Shown: positions 12,673 to 27,202, numbered from the stretch's first letter. The stretch is 64,000 bases of DNA from Rhizophagus irregularis (GCF_026210795.1 NC_089429.1:1736001-1800000); one strand, 5' to 3'. Notes: generated by a model from the sequence alone, not told the origin. Numbers and translations: made by a program.

Positions 12673-14029
12673 CTCGGTAAATGGAAATTCTAAAAAAAAT
12701 CATGTTAATTGCATTGTTTGATAAAAGGCAGGTAATAACCACTGAAGTGTGCACAAGGCCGGCCATCCACTGGATGATGACTTGCCATTATTGGATTCCG
12801 ATAGAACACAGCCTACTGCTGAAGCGTCCTTCTTTCTTACAAACTATTGATAAAATTTAAGAGTAATTTACGTGGCTTACCTCGTTCGAAGAAGCTTATA
12901 TTATGTTTACACTTTACAGTTACGAAAGAAGAAGTATAAAACAAAAAATTTCTACTCAGAAGTTTTTTTTGTAAGTGTATCTGTAATCAAACTGTTTGCA
13001 AAAAAAAAGAAAAATCACAAAACGGTTTATAAGAATATTTCGTAATTTTATATTACGGAGAATGTGACTGCATCGGTTACAACATCACGTGCGTGGCGCA
13101 ATAGATTACGAGTGTTGTTGGGGTGCGGGGCGCTGTCAACTAATTAATGTTAATAAGGTTTTTATTGGTCATTAATTAATATATATCAAATTCGGGAATT
13201 TTCTGTCTTTTATTAGAAAAATTTTTAAAATTCGATAACTTCTGCATTTAATTAGAATTCAATAAATATTAAAAATTTAAAGAATAATTAATAACTTAAA
13301 GAATAACATAATATCTCGCTTTTTCAAAAAAATACTAAAAAAAAAACTTTTTATCTTATGGAAATGTATTCAAGAGTAAATACTTATTATTGGCGAAACT
13401 TAAATAATTTTTTATTAGAAAAAACTTCTATTACATGAAAGTTGTAATTGTTTGGGATACTTTTGCTGAATTTTGAAAAAAATAGTGAAAAGAATTCAGA
13501 GTTATGAAGATGGGGGATTACATTAACCTTAATGGGAAACTTCTTAGAAAAATTTATTTAATAGCCAATATGACAAGAAAAAAATATTCAATAGTAAATT
13601 TTACTATATATAACCAGATATAGTTTGTTAAACTATGCTGACAGCGCATTCCAGAGTGTTGTGGTCAGGGACCAATATGTAATGCTGGTGATTACGGCCA
13701 TCCTTACACCGGTCCAGATGTTTATCCTGGACCAATCAAATTTAATTGGCTAATTTATTATAATACTTACAATATTTTTATAACATAAGAAAATATAAAT
13801 ATAAAATCTTGCGAATACCAGATGATCATGTAGGAATGATTGGAAATTTCAAATTGGAATTGGATAATAGTAAAAGTAGTGGGAATTACTAGTGCAGAGG
13901 CCAAAATTTGATTTGAATGACCTAGTTGAGACCGCTGTTCATTTACTAGATATTCTAGACAAGAATAACTTAGCTTTTTAATTTTTGATCGCATGTGATG
14001 AAAGTTCTAAGTTTGAAACTTTTGCAAGA

Positions 14030-16330
14030 AACATCTTCTGAGATCAAAAATCAAAAAGCCAAGTTTAAACCTTTTGCGGAAACATATTCTGAATATGAAG
14101 TAAAAAGGACAAAATGAATTCCCAAATTTTCATGGTCTTCGTGATTATTATGCTCTTCTGACTCTTAAAAATATTCATTTAGCATTAGCAAGAAATTTTG
14201 GCGGTTTCAAAAAACATACCGAAACATGTTTGGAATATTTTAAAGCTGTTATTAAAACTTTAATGAATACAAAGTTGAACATACGAACAAATACCCATCA
14301 GCATTTTAATAAATGAAAATCTTACAAGCGAAGATTTTTTGCATTTAATGGCGATAGGAAAAAGTGATTTTATTGCAAATATTTTGACGTATCAATTACG
14401 TGAAATGAATTTTAATCCAGTGTAATATTGGGATCACAATTTTCCGGAAGAACTTCTTATAGTATATTGATTAGAATAATGGTAAGTGTATTTTACTTTT
14501 TTTTAAAAAATAATCAAATAATTTATTAATCCATTTTATTCAATTATAGATGTGCGTAACATCATAATGATATAGCAGATTACAGTACTTCCAAGATATA
14601 TTACATGAACAAAATGCTAATACTAATCCGATGGACATTTAATCATAGTTAACATGTTTTCAGCACAAATATCACAGTTTGCTTAAAGAATGTAACTTCA
14701 AAATGTTTATTTTTTGAAACTAACTTTAAAAACCGAGAATCAATTTCGAAAACAAATTAAAAAATTTTGGCTCGTGTCAGATTACGAATTATTAATATTA
14801 CAATGTGATACCACTACTGTAAATTTAGAATGTATCAAATTAGCCAAGTTCATTATCGAACAAATCCTTACTAAAAGTACAAGAAATTATGCTATTAAAA
14901 ATAAACATGCTTGCATTATTCTTCATCTCTTTTAACTTTATGTGCGGATGGAAACAAATTACAATCGAAACATTAAAACAAGAAAGTCCTTTATCCGTTT
15001 TGTTAGAAGGCAATTTATGTAACTACTTATCCATTTGAAGATATTGAAACAAAGAAATGTTATGGTGTCTACTATCCAAACAATGTTAAATCTCATGTGA
15101 AGTAAGTATTGCTGCTATTTTAGTGAAGAAAAAGTGAATTTGTTTGGATATAATAAAGCTTTAATTATTTAAACTTTTTATTTAATTAGATATTTAAATA
15201 GAAAGATCTTGAACATCCAAACTTCGTAAAAAAATAAGAACGCAAGAATAGTTGAAAATAAAAACCAAACAAGATTGGTAATATCAACAAAAAATTATTA
15301 TACTCGTATTCTTCATTTTCTATTGCTTTACAAGCACACATCCGTACATTGGTTCATCATACTATTACTAAAATTTTATGCTCTATAGAGCGCCTAGGAG
15401 CTACAAAAACATTTCTTATTCATGACTTACTAGAAGCTGAAAATGTCAATACGACGCGTACAATTTCTTAATTTCTGGCAAGATATATTTATGGATAATA
15501 AGATTGTTGATATCAACATATTTGCAGAACCTAAGCCGGATGGATATGTGATGACCGTTAGTGGTCTTGATTTACAATTGGATAATTTTTATAATATTAG
15601 AAGTTGTGTATTTCCATTTTCATTTTACTTTATGAAGCAAATTGATAACTTTAAAACTCTATACGAAGAAGAAATATCATTACTTAGAAAAAATAGAGAA
15701 AATATAGGTCCTTCTACTAGAAAATTATTGGAGCACATTAACGAAGATTACATTAAAGAGTTTATTAATAAAGTATTTAATTCTATAACACTATTAAGGA
15801 CGTCTCCATTTGGAATAAGCCTCAGATTTATATTTCAAGGATTTTGTCAATATAGTTTGCAATAGTAAATCTTCATCTAATAATTCTTCCTCTAATGAAA
15901 TTCCCTCTTCTTCTGTATGCTATCATACTGCTTATTCAGCTCACTATTTCCAGTGATGGCTAGACATACCTATTGCTTCAGTCATAAAAGATATCTCTGT
16001 ATTATCCTATGTTTTTAAATGTAAAATTAGTAACGAGAGAGTCTTAAACCCTATTTTATTGCATACATTTTGGTGGGAACATGCTAGTTCTACCTAAGAA
16101 GCATGTCAAATTATTTCACATGTGTCCTTATATTATTATAATTATACTTGTGACCTTACAAATGAAAAATTTTAATGATTACCTTGTAGGCGAAGTTATC
16201 AAAGTACTTATAATTTTATATTATCATATTTATTTATGTAGTCCTAATCTTTTATAATTGTATTTAAAGCCACATAGTTGTTAAAGAATCATGACAAACC
16301 AAAAGAACACTTATGGTTAAATAATGTTCG
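14030..16330 (+). pseudogene. RNF213-like (AAA+/E3 ligase) gene remnant
   Basis: Translated fragments FPNFHGLRDYYAL, LARNFGG, HLMAIGKSD, ILGSQF and LLILQCD...KHACIILH resemble the RNF213 AAA region; many frameshifts/stops; intron-like gaps. Confidence 0.7.
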
Positions 16331-17724
16331 CCAAATTCAAGTCATTGGAAAAATTATACTGGGGAAAAAACTGAAATTATGCCAAAAACGTGGCAAGATT
16401 TAATAATAATACGATTGGAATAATAAATAAATTTTATAATTAGAAATAAAAACCTATAAAATCTTCGCCGTTTTAAATTTGGTTGAAACTGCGGTTTGTC
16501 GATCAATTATAATAAAAAGACCGAAAACTTTAATAAAGCATCACGTTTCAGTCGTTTCACATATTAACATATAAAAATATTTTGATTAACATATCATGCT
16601 AAGCCACTCCTATATTACTTTTATTATTTTTTTTTATTTTCGTAATGTTTTAATGTGAGATTACTAGCGTTTCAACTCCAGATATAATGGGAGTATAATA
16701 GCAGCCCCTCACTGAAACTGTAACTTCACACTAAATATTATTGTTTTTTTTTATTTAACTGGAGTATTTAACTGAAAATACTTATTAAAAAATAATAAAG
16801 CACTTGCCAGTATTTTAGATTGCAAAGTTTAACATTATTTTAAAAGGTAAACTAAGTTTATTATTATATTGGCTATACTGTATAATATTAGCAAGTAATA
16901 ATTACTGATTTTTATTCTTATTCACTTTATTATAGACCATGTTGGATAAACAAGATATTTTTATATGCAGCTAGAGATAAATATTTATATCTATAGATAA
17001 ATGCGGTGGGTACTTGGGTCAGGGCAATTTTTGGATTGTGATTAGAAAAAGATTTGTTTCTTTCAAAAATTAAAAAATTATTTAAATTACAGATTAACAG
17101 AACACTAAGATTTTGATTTTTTTTTTTTAAAAAAAAATCATCATAATTATATAAACTTTAAATCTTTAAATAAAAAATTATTCAAATCAAATTACAGATA
17201 ATTGAAATATTATAAAAAATAGTAATTATTATTTTTAAATGGTTGGTGAAATTTTCTAATTATTGTAAGGTTGTAAAAGGCATAATGTTGAAATTTTTTC
17301 TTTTGAACGTTTGAACGCGAAAAATTATTATGTGTTTAAATTTCATTGGCTGATCATTGTTGATCAACATGTGACGTAAGTGTTTTCGGTATTTATTATT
17401 TTTATTTATAATTTAATCAGTTTCAACTAAATCGAAAACAGCGATAATAATTAATAATTATTTGTTATAAATTTATTAAATTTTATTGTCTTTTGTTATA
17501 TGATTTTTGTTGAAATAAAAAAATTTTGCGATTTGTCCGAAGTTACATGCAACGCTAAATCCTTACGCCTTATATTGCAGATCATGTATTGAATATGCAA
17601 AAAAATGATTTGTATGACAAACAGAGCAAGTTGTGGCATTTAATAAATTAGCCAAATTTGACGTTTTTTAATCTCGGAAACTCCTTTCTCCTTTCTCCTT
17701 TCTCCTTTCTCTTTTCTCTTTATA

Positions 17725-19341
17725 ATGGCATGTTCGAAAATTTTTTCAGGAGATTTACCTGAGTTAATAAACGAAGTTATACAATATTTTCGTTATGATT
17801 ATAAAACATTACATTCATGTATATTAGTTTGTAGATTATGGTGTCGTTTAACAATTCCATTATTATGGGAAGACCCATTTTCAATGAAATTACCTAAAAA
17901 TTATCATTTTATTGAAATTTATTTACATAATTTAAATGATTATGATAAATTAAAATTAAATGAATATGGAATTAGTAATGAATTATTTCCTTCAAATACA
18001 TTATTTGATTATCCTCGTTTTATTCAACATTTAAATACATTTAAAATTAGTAGTTCTGTTGAAAGTTGGGTTGTAACTGTTCATACTTCAACAAATTTAT
18101 CAGATTCACAAATATCAAACTTTACAAAATTTATTTATAAATCATTATTTCTAATATTCATTGAAAACGAAGTAAATTTACATAGTTTTAAAATTATGAT
18201 GCTTAATGATATAGAATTTGAATATTTTGATGAGATTTTTGAATTATTCTTACAAAATCCGAATTTAATTTGTAATATCAAAAATTTTAAAATTGATTTT
18301 GATAGAGTAACTGATAATTTAACAACATTTTTAAGGACTATCTACTCTAATTGTAATTCAATTTCGTCTATTGATTTTCAATTTATATCATATTATGATT
18401 ATTATTATCCAATGATTGAAAAAAATTTATCACAAATAATTGAATCTCAAGTAAACCTTAAAAGTATCACATTTGGTTATAATTGTCCCTTCTTATACCA
18501 TTTATCATTATCATTAAAAAGTTATAATTGTTCAAACACGTTAAATACAATTATATTTTGTTCTATTAATTTTAAAAATATAGATGTTTTAAGTGAAGTA
18601 TTTAATCAATTGAATGTTTTAGAATCAATTCATATTGTTTATTGTTATTCTCTGGATTCTAAATTTATTCAACAAATTAATAATATTACCAAACCTTTTA
18701 AATTGAAATCTTTATTTCTACATTCTATATTACAAATTGAACCATTAAAATTGTTGATACAAAAATCCAACAATTATTTAGAAAATTTTGGAATCACAAG
18801 TAATAAACCACAACAATTACTACAATTGATTATAACACATTGTAGTAAAATTAAATATCTGGGTCCCATTACTAAATTGAATTATCAAACTGTATATTCA
18901 TTATTTAATTTAATTGAAAATATGGCACAAAATCTTAATTACCTTATGATTGATGATTTTACTTATATGAACTGTCATATTGGTCCAATTATATTACAAA
19001 ATTTGGGACAAATACTTCCTTTTAAATTAGAATATTTGAATTTATATCTTAAAATAAATAAAGATGATTTTGAAGTATTCTTAAAAAATTCTCAAAATAC
19101 TTTTATTAAAAAATTGTTAATTAGAAATAAAAATAAAGAAGGAAATAAAGATATTTTCCCTTGCATAGAGAAATATATTATGAAAAAGAAAAGAGTTAAG
19201 TATTTGGCTATTGATTCTTTTAATGTAAAATATGAAGATGTGTTATTCCTGGAAGGAAAAGTTGAAGAATTTAAACTACATGATATACAAGTATTAAATT
19301 ATAATGACTTGAATATTCAAATTTATGATTTTATAAGTTAA
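17725..19341 (+). CDS. F-box/LRR-like protein, 538 aa
   Basis: Same N-terminal F-box-like motif; close paralog of 4133-5806; (CTCCTTT)n tract before ATG. Confidence 0.9.
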   Translation: MACSKIFSGDLPELINEVIQYFRYDYKTLHSCILVCRLWCRLTIPLLWEDPFSMKLPKNYHFIEIYLHNLNDYDKLKLNEYGISNELFPSNTLFDYPRFIQHLNTFKISSSVESWVVTVHTSTNLSDSQISNFTKFIYKSLFLIFIENEVNLHSFKIMMLNDIEFEYFDEIFELFLQNPNLICNIKNFKIDFDRVTDNLTTFLRTIYSNCNSISSIDFQFISYYDYYYPMIEKNLSQIIESQVNLKSITFGYNCPFLYHLSLSLKSYNCSNTLNTIIFCSINFKNIDVLSEVFNQLNVLESIHIVYCYSLDSKFIQQINNITKPFKLKSLFLHSILQIEPLKLLIQKSNNYLENFGITSNKPQQLLQLIITHCSKIKYLGPITKLNYQTVYSLFNLIENMAQNLNYLMIDDFTYMNCHIGPIILQNLGQILPFKLEYLNLYLKINKDDFEVFLKNSQNTFIKKLLIRNKNKEGNKDIFPCIEKYIMKKKRVKYLAIDSFNVKYEDVLFLEGKVEEFKLHDIQVLNYNDLNIQIYDFIS

Positions 19342-22300
19342 GTTGATTAATTATTTTGTGCAATTTATATTAACATGATAAGTAAAATTAGTTATATGTA
19401 CTATATATATCAATATATGGAATGTAGATTTTATTATTGATATAATACTTTGTGATAAGGTGAGATTCATTAAAAAATTAAAAATCTTAAATTTAAATTC
19501 GAGTGTAACAAAAGAGTAGTCTACTTATATATTGCTATAGTTTATGTTATATATCAATTATTGGATTAACAATAAATATATTATTACAATATCATCGTAT
19601 TATTTTCGTTTTTTTTAATGGCAAATTGGCAATTTCATAAAGTAAATTAATTTAATTATTAGAATGATCCTAAAGTGTTTATAAAAATTCAATTCAATCA
19701 TACACTAACGAACTTATTTGTGATTTTTTTTTAAAAAAAATAATAATAAATGTGAAATAAATTTATAAAATTTCTTGAATCAACTCAAATGGGTACTAAA
19801 TTAAAATCAAAACTTGCCTAATAATAAATTATCATATACTAGCTTTTCCCTTTTCCGCTTTAATTAAACTCTAAACAAGGTTGTTCATTAAACTAGTGAA
19901 ATGGACCGCTGTGAATCTGGAATATGATACTCATTTACTATTATATTATAGGAAATAACCCGATAAATTATATATTACACATACTATATAGGATAGAGCA
20001 AGATTAGGAAGGTAAGCAGGTGGATATGACTGAATCTAACAGTATAAAGTGCTGCTTTATAATATATATAGTGTGAAATTTGATCAACTATACTGCAAAC
20101 CGTTGCATAAAAATTTTGTATTTGTCTGTTCATTATTTTTTTTGTAAAAATCAGAATAAAATACTTTATTATTTTTTTTAACTAAAAATTAAATTTTTTT
20201 ATAAATTTTAATAGTAATCACTTATTTTTTTTGTTAACATTTTCATTATAACATTTCAAAATTTACGAAATAATTTTATTTATTTACAGTATTCTAATAA
20301 ATACTAATATTTGTTTATATTCTTTTCCATTTAATATGCATCATTTTTCAAAATAATTTGTCATCTTGAGAACATGGTATAAATAATTTCAAATACCCTT
20401 ATTAATATATATGTAGCATTTAAATTTAGATATCACAAATTCAAAATTTAATACGTCAAATTTGACTATTTCTGTGTTATAACTATTATTAATAAGGTAA
20501 TTAATAATATTATTAGTTCGAAGGGTTTGTTTCATAATAAATCCTGTTATCTATCTGTTAATATTATTAATATTAGCATAATATGAGACAACTGAAAATG
20601 TATACTAGTTTTTATGGCAAGCCGAGTTGGACAAAATTATCATTGTGCGATAAAAAATCAAGCATGGCTAGACAAAATGTCACCCCGTGTCTGACATTTT
20701 ACCTGTTTATGCTTGATTTTCATCTGTCCCGTGCTTGATATTTATCTGTACGACTGTACGTCTGTACGTGCTATCTTGATGTTTATCTATCATGTGCTTG
20801 ATGTTTATCTGATGTATTATCTGTATGCTTGGTGCTTGGTATTTTTATCTGTCCGTGTTTGAGTCTGTACTTGATGTTTTTGTCCAACTGTATTTGATTT
20901 TAATTTTATCTTGTCAAAATTGGTTTCTTTGTCAGCACAGGGTGATATTTTGTCAATCACATGTTTTTTAAGTTTAGCATAGTTTTTACATGAAGTATTT
21001 TTTTTCATTTTATTGACTTTTTTTTAATAAAACAATTTTTTTAGAGAATTTTTATTTTTATTATAGGCAAAGGCTTGTTTGATAAAATTCTTTTGGTTAA
21101 TAAAAAGACTTTTTTTGATAAAAAATTTACATTTCTGAGTTTTTTTTTCGATAATTTCGTTAAAAAATTTAAATTTTATTGGAGAATTTTTAATAGGATT
21201 TTTTTTTTTTTGGACATATCTTTTGATAGAGAATTTCGTTAAGAATTTTTTTTTTAATAGGAGGGAATTTTCCTTGATAAAGAATTTCTTTTGGGAATTT
21301 TTTTAATAGGTGAAAGTATTTTTTGACGGAGAATTTATTAGAGAATTTTTTTTTTAATAGGGGGATTATTTTTGATAGAGGATTTATTAAAGAATTTTTC
21401 TTTAATAGGAAGATAAATAATTTCGCTGAGAATTTTTTTTTTTTGATAGGAGGGAAGTTTTTTTTTGATAGAAATTCTTTTGAGAATTTTTTTTAATGGT
21501 AAGAATCTTTGAATTTTTTTTAATAGGGAAAATGTGTTTTTTGATGGAAGATTTTCGTTAGAAATTTTTCTTAATCGGGGATATTTTTTTTGATTGAGAA
21601 TTTCATTAGAGAATTGTTAAGTTTTTTTATTTTTTTGATGGAGAATTTTGTTAGAAGTCTCAATAGAAAATTTTATTGAAAATAGTTTTTTTTTAATAAA
21701 GGTATCGAGAATTTTGGCTTGAAAAATTTTTTTTTTTTTTTTTAATAAAGAATTTCATTAGAGATCTTTTTTTATAAAATTAAAAAAATATTAAATTACA
21801 TTAATAAGATTAAGATAAAATTAAAAAAAACTATGATAGAATCCTAAATAGCATAGTAAATTTATATACTAGTAAAGCTCCACACACATGAGCCGAGCTG
21901 GCTTGCAAGCCAAGCCATACTTAATAAATTGGCTTGATGCTTGACAAGCCAGCTCGAAAAAGCTTGAGCTGGCTCGCTTACAAAGTAATAAAATAAAAAT
22001 TAATTATTAGTATTTTTTTTTTTGTTTTATTTGTTTCATTTTAATAATTTCAGATTTCTAGAATTTATTTTATGGTATTTTTTTTTTAAAAAAATTATCT
22101 TAATTTATTTAATAATTTTCTTTAGTTTGGTATTTTTTGATTCCATTTTAACTTTAATTTTTAGTATTTTTTTTTTAATTTAATATTTTTTTAATTCCAT
22201 AAAAATTTTTTTACAAATTTCTTATTATATAATCATATAATATTCATATATCATAAATTAAAAGTTTTTAAAATAATGTTAACTTTAAAAAAGTATATAG

Positions 22301-23519
22301 CAGAAATTTGTTTGAAGTGTTTTTTCTTTTTATTAATAATATTAAATAATTGGCATAAAAACATGAAAATCTACTATTTTAAATACTTTAAATATATATA
22401 AATAAAAATTGGGGATTGCTAAACGACTAAACGTCGCCTAAGCGATCATCGCCTGGGTTTTTTTTTTCAAAAGCCATGATGTATCTAATTTCGATCTGTT
22501 ATTATTGCAAAAGATATTTTTTAAAAATATTTTGCAAACATATTTATTCAAAATAATCTTATTTAATGAAATTTTATTTGCTAATATTAAAATTTAAGTC
22601 ACACATTTACGATTTTAAAGAAAAAAATATTTTTATTGAATTGTACAAATAAAAGAAACAATAACAAGGAGAAAGATGCTAATAAAAAAATGAAATAACA
22701 ATAAAGTAATGACAAGTCACATAATGTAGTATGCAGAAATCCTATGATTATGCTGAGTTTATTACAATATGAAACATTTCTTATAATATATTTTAATTTT
22801 ATTTAATTAACTTACATCAATTAACCACTTTTAGTATTATTATTGCTTTTGACTCATAAATATTCACTTATAAGTATCAGTTTAATTATTATAACATTAG
22901 TAAATTGCTTTATTAGTTAGTTAGAGAAGTTTCTTGAAATTTACATAGTTGATGAATCATATAGACACATGGAACTTATACGAAATAGCAATAGAAAGGT
23001 TTTTACAGATAATTGCAATGAAAAAAGGACAATTGATTGATTAATCATATTAGTATAATAGGATAATATTGATAAGTTCAAACTGTCATGTGTGAAAATG
23101 TAAACATATATAGGGCAATATTTTCTTTAGAATAAAAGTTGTTAACACCTGAGTAGATCTAACAGAGAGTTTAGATTGTGTTATCTGAAGTATTGTGTAT
23201 TTGTGTTTTTATATGATTTGTTTGTTAGTTTTTTTTTTGCAGTAACTTTTTGCATGTTTTACTTGTTTTACCTTTGTATTTGTCATTATTTGTTTGATAG
23301 ATTTTTATTTTTAAGAAACTCTTACATTATTTACCAGAATCATACTTTCATTATTAATTTTCTATTGGGAATTATTAGTGATACTCCCATATTTCATTAC
23401 AAATTATTGAAACACCTATAATTTTACTATTTGACTTTTTTACCACAACTGTTCAATTTGATATCTCTGACGTTAGTTATCACTCCAGACTAAATCAGTA
23501 ATAACATTTGGTGGCTTGG

Positions 23520-25050
23520 TACTAGTTTAAATAGTGCTATTGGCACCCTTTTGGGCCAACAATTGCTGTACTAAGAGTGCTATTAAATCATTGCTATTGG
23601 AATTCAAGTTATTTGTACTGTTTGCATTCAAAGGTTGAGTAGATTGAGCAAGTTGAGGTTGCTGAGATTGTTGATTCAGTACTGTTGCAGCTATACCACC
23701 ATTACCACTTCTATTATTATTTCTTTGTGGACAAGTCCTACTAATGTGTCCTGGACTCCTGGTTCTCTACATATATAGCAAACAATAGGTGATCTATTTC
23801 CTCCTGTAGTACTATTACTATTATGCCACTTCCATTATTACTATTACTGTTGTTATTATTTCTATTCCATTGAGAGTTATTATTTCTGCCATTATAGTGA
23901 GATCGATTTTCTGCTTTTTCTTTAATTTCATTCTTGATTTCTGAAACAGACTTTGAAAGTTTCATTATCATTTTGTCAATTGAGTGGTCTCCAACTGAGC
24001 ACTATTGTCATAGTTGCTTACGTTTTTATTCTTCCCAGCCATAAGAGTCATCTTACATCTCTTTGCTCTATCTATTGCATTTTGAAATGTTCCATCATGT
24101 GTCGATTGTACCATTATGTACAGATCTCAAGTAAGTCCTGAGATAAACTTCTGAGTTTTCTGGGCTTCATTATATCCTTCTACTCTAGTAAATAACTTTT
24201 GCAAAACAGAAACACAATGCTCAACTGTTTCATCAGATCCTTGTACTCTTTACTCTAATTCAATAGTCCATACTTCAATCATTGCTACAGTTAGAAATCT
24301 TCTTAAAAATCTATCCTCAAAATTGTTAACATTTCCATTAAAACCTTGCAACCCAAAGTAGTAACAAATCCTGGATTATCTTGCTTTAATGATTGATACC
24401 AATCAGCTGCAGTAGATCTTAGATAAGCTGGTAATACTTGCAATTTTTGAACATTATTCCAACCATTGGCTTCAGAAACAGCATTATAATCTCTAAGCCA
24501 AGCAACAGGATCTTGCTGATTTTCTCCACTAAAAGTTGGTAAAAATGCTCCCCAACTTTGCTGATTCTGCTGGTTTTGTTGATTTAAAAATTGTTGGATG
24601 AACTGGGCCATCTGCAACATATTATTTCTTTCCAAAAAGTTACCATTATTAACATTGTCATTCTGATTGTTGTTATTATCTCATGGAACTGGATCTCAAA
24701 CTTGTTGCTGAAACAATCAATTGTTCTGATTCTGTTGAATTTGTTGATCCTGAAATAATGGTAGATCTTATTATTGTTGCTGAACCATTTGATTATTCTG
24801 TTTCTGTGGAATTTGTTAATCCTGAAATAATGGTAGGTCCTGTTCTTGTTGGATTCTTTGTTCTCCTTCCATTGGGTTAGATAAAGCTGATATAGGTTGT
24901 AAAAGTGGTATATCTTGAGGTATCTGTAGGTCAAAAATTGGCTGATCTTGTGGTAAAACAGGCTGATTTGGTTCTTGCTCTGTTGGAAAGGTATTTAATC
25001 CATCTAAGTTTAGAAAGTCCAATCTTTCATCTTCTTCAGATGATAGATCA
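23520..25050 (-). pseudogene. Degenerate Ty3/gypsy-like gag
   Basis: LPTFSGENQQDPVAWL..Y......NGW...KLQVLPAYLRSTAADWY capsid-like motif; CCHC knuckle CYICREPG-HISRTC disrupted by an 8-bp insertion at ~23750; Gln/Asn-rich flanks. Confidence 0.8.
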
Positions 25051-25329
25051 CCATTTTTTCCTTCAGATTCAGAAACTACTAAGGTATCTGTATTCTCTTC
25101 CCAAAGTTCAACAAATGGTCGAGGTGACTGCTGCAGAATTTCTGATTTTCCCTCCAGAGTTCTTGATTGCTCGTATAATTATTGATAAAAATTTAAGAGA
25201 TTATAGAAGGGTCTGGCCTTATATCATGTGACTTGTTCAATCTTCAACTATTTCCATGGGTAACCCTAACAATAAATTTTAATTAATTCTATCTTAAGCA
25301 AAAATTTTGGTAACATAAAAAAGAATAAT

Positions 25330-25690
25330 GAGAAGTGATAAGAAACAAAAAGGAGAAATAGGACATTATGAGAGATGAAAAGTAGTGATGGGAGGCGAAA
25401 AAAAATGATGGGAGACAAAGAGGAGTGATGGGCAACAAAGAGGAGCGATGGGAGATAAAAAGGAGTGATGGGAGACGAAAAGAAGTGATGGGAAGATTAA
25501 GAGGATGATGGGAGACGAAAAGAAGTGATGGGAAGATTAAGAGGAGTGATGGGAGACGAAAAGAAGTGATGGGAAATTAAGAGGAGTGATGGGAGATGAA
25601 AAGAAGTGATGAAAAGGAGTGATGGGAGATGAAAAGGAGTAAAGGAACGATGGGAGATGAAAAGAAGTGATGGGAAGATGAAGAGGAGTA
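25330..25690 (+). repeat. Purine-rich ~20-bp tandem repeat
   Basis: ~15 units resembling GTGATGGGAGA(C/T)GAAAAG(A/G)A. Confidence 0.85.
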
Positions 25691-27202
25691 AAAATTTATT
25701 AAAATTGTAAAATTTAATAAAAAATTTTCCAACAAATTTTTATCAATTTTTTATAAAAAAAAGAACCCTAATGAAATTCTTTATTAAAAAAAAAATTTCG
25801 AACTAAAATTCTCAATACATTTATTAAAAAAAAACTATTTTCAATAAAATTTTCTATTAAGATTACTAAACAAAATTCTCCATCAAAAAAATAAAAATTT
25901 TTCAATAAACAATTCTCTAATGAAATTCTCAATCAAAAAAAAAATATCCCCGATTAAAGAAAAATTTAAAGATTCTTACCATCTTATTAAAAAAAATTCT
26001 CAAAAGGATTTCTATATCAAAAAAAAAATCTCCCCTGTTAAAAAAAAGTTTACACTAACGAAATGATCTATCAAAAAAAAAAAAAAAAAAAAAATCTCAG
26101 CGAAATCTATTAAAGAAAAATTCTTTAATGAAATTCTCTATCAAAAACAATCCCCCATTAAAAAAAATTCTCTAATAAAATTCTCTGTCAAAAAATACTT
26201 TCACCTATTAAAAAAAATTCCCAAAAGAATTCTTTATCAAGGAAAACTCCCTCCTATTAAAAAAAAATTCTTAACGAAATTCCCTATCAAAAAAAAAAAA
26301 TCTCATTTGTTAAAAAAATTTTCTAACGAAATTATCTATCAAAAAAAAACCTTCCCTATTAAAAAAATTCTTCAAATAATTTTTTACAAAAAAAAAAATT
26401 CTCAATTCTCAATCAAAAAAAAAAATTCTCTCCTGGTAAAAAAAATAGTTCCAACAAATTATGTATATGTCAAAAAAAAATCTCATTAAAAAAAAAATTT
26501 CTCCAATAAAATTTCTATCAAATAAAAGTTTTTAACGAAATTATCCATCAAAAAAAAACTCAGAAATGTCCCTATCAATGAAAAAAATTTTCTAACGAAA
26601 TTTTTATAAAAAAAATCTACTTATTAAAAAAATTCACAAAGAAATTCTTTCAAACAAAGCCTTTGCCTATATTAAAAATAAAAATTCTCGACAAAATTTG
26701 TTTATAAAAAAAAAAAAAATATTTTTTAAAACTACGCTAAACTTAAAAACATGTGGCCGACAAAATATCTGTGCTGACAAAGAAACTAATTTTTTGACAA
26801 AGATAAAATTATCGAGTATAGTTGGATTAAATCAAACACGGAAAAAACATCAAGCACAGACGGACAAAAATATCAAGCACAGACGTAAAGCACGGATGGA
26901 TAAAAATGTCAAGCATGGTCGGATAAAACCATCAAGCACGTACAGATAAATATCAAGCACGGACAGATGAATATCAAGCATGAACAGGTAAAATGTCGTC
27001 CAACTCAGCTTGCCATAGATAATGTATGAATTCGATCAGAACAGAAATGATCGACGTAAATTTACATCATAATTGCGACATTACATGCAATGTCAATCAA
27101 TGAAATGATTATGTATAAATGACAAATGATTAGGAAAATCCTATAAATACTTTCCTTTTCTACTCTTAAAAAAATAATTTTTAAAAAAAAAATTTTTGAA
27201 AA

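Larger units (their letters stand above)
20615..27015. mobile_element. Foldback-like element with ~1.2-kb modular inverted arms
   Basis: Arms ~20615-21780 and ~25748-27015 are reverse complements, ending TGGCAAGC(C/T)GAGTTGGAC; TA on both flanks; arms built of ~20-bp ATCAAGCAC.GACAG units and A-tract subrepeats. Confidence 0.8.

Noticed and set aside
25330..25690. Telomere-like or G-quadruplex array
   Set aside because: Unit is ~20 bp with one GGG run and long loops, and is not TTAGGG-like
20615..27015. DIRS or LTR retrotransposon assignment
   Set aside because: No RT/RNase H, tyrosine recombinase or direct LTRs recognised
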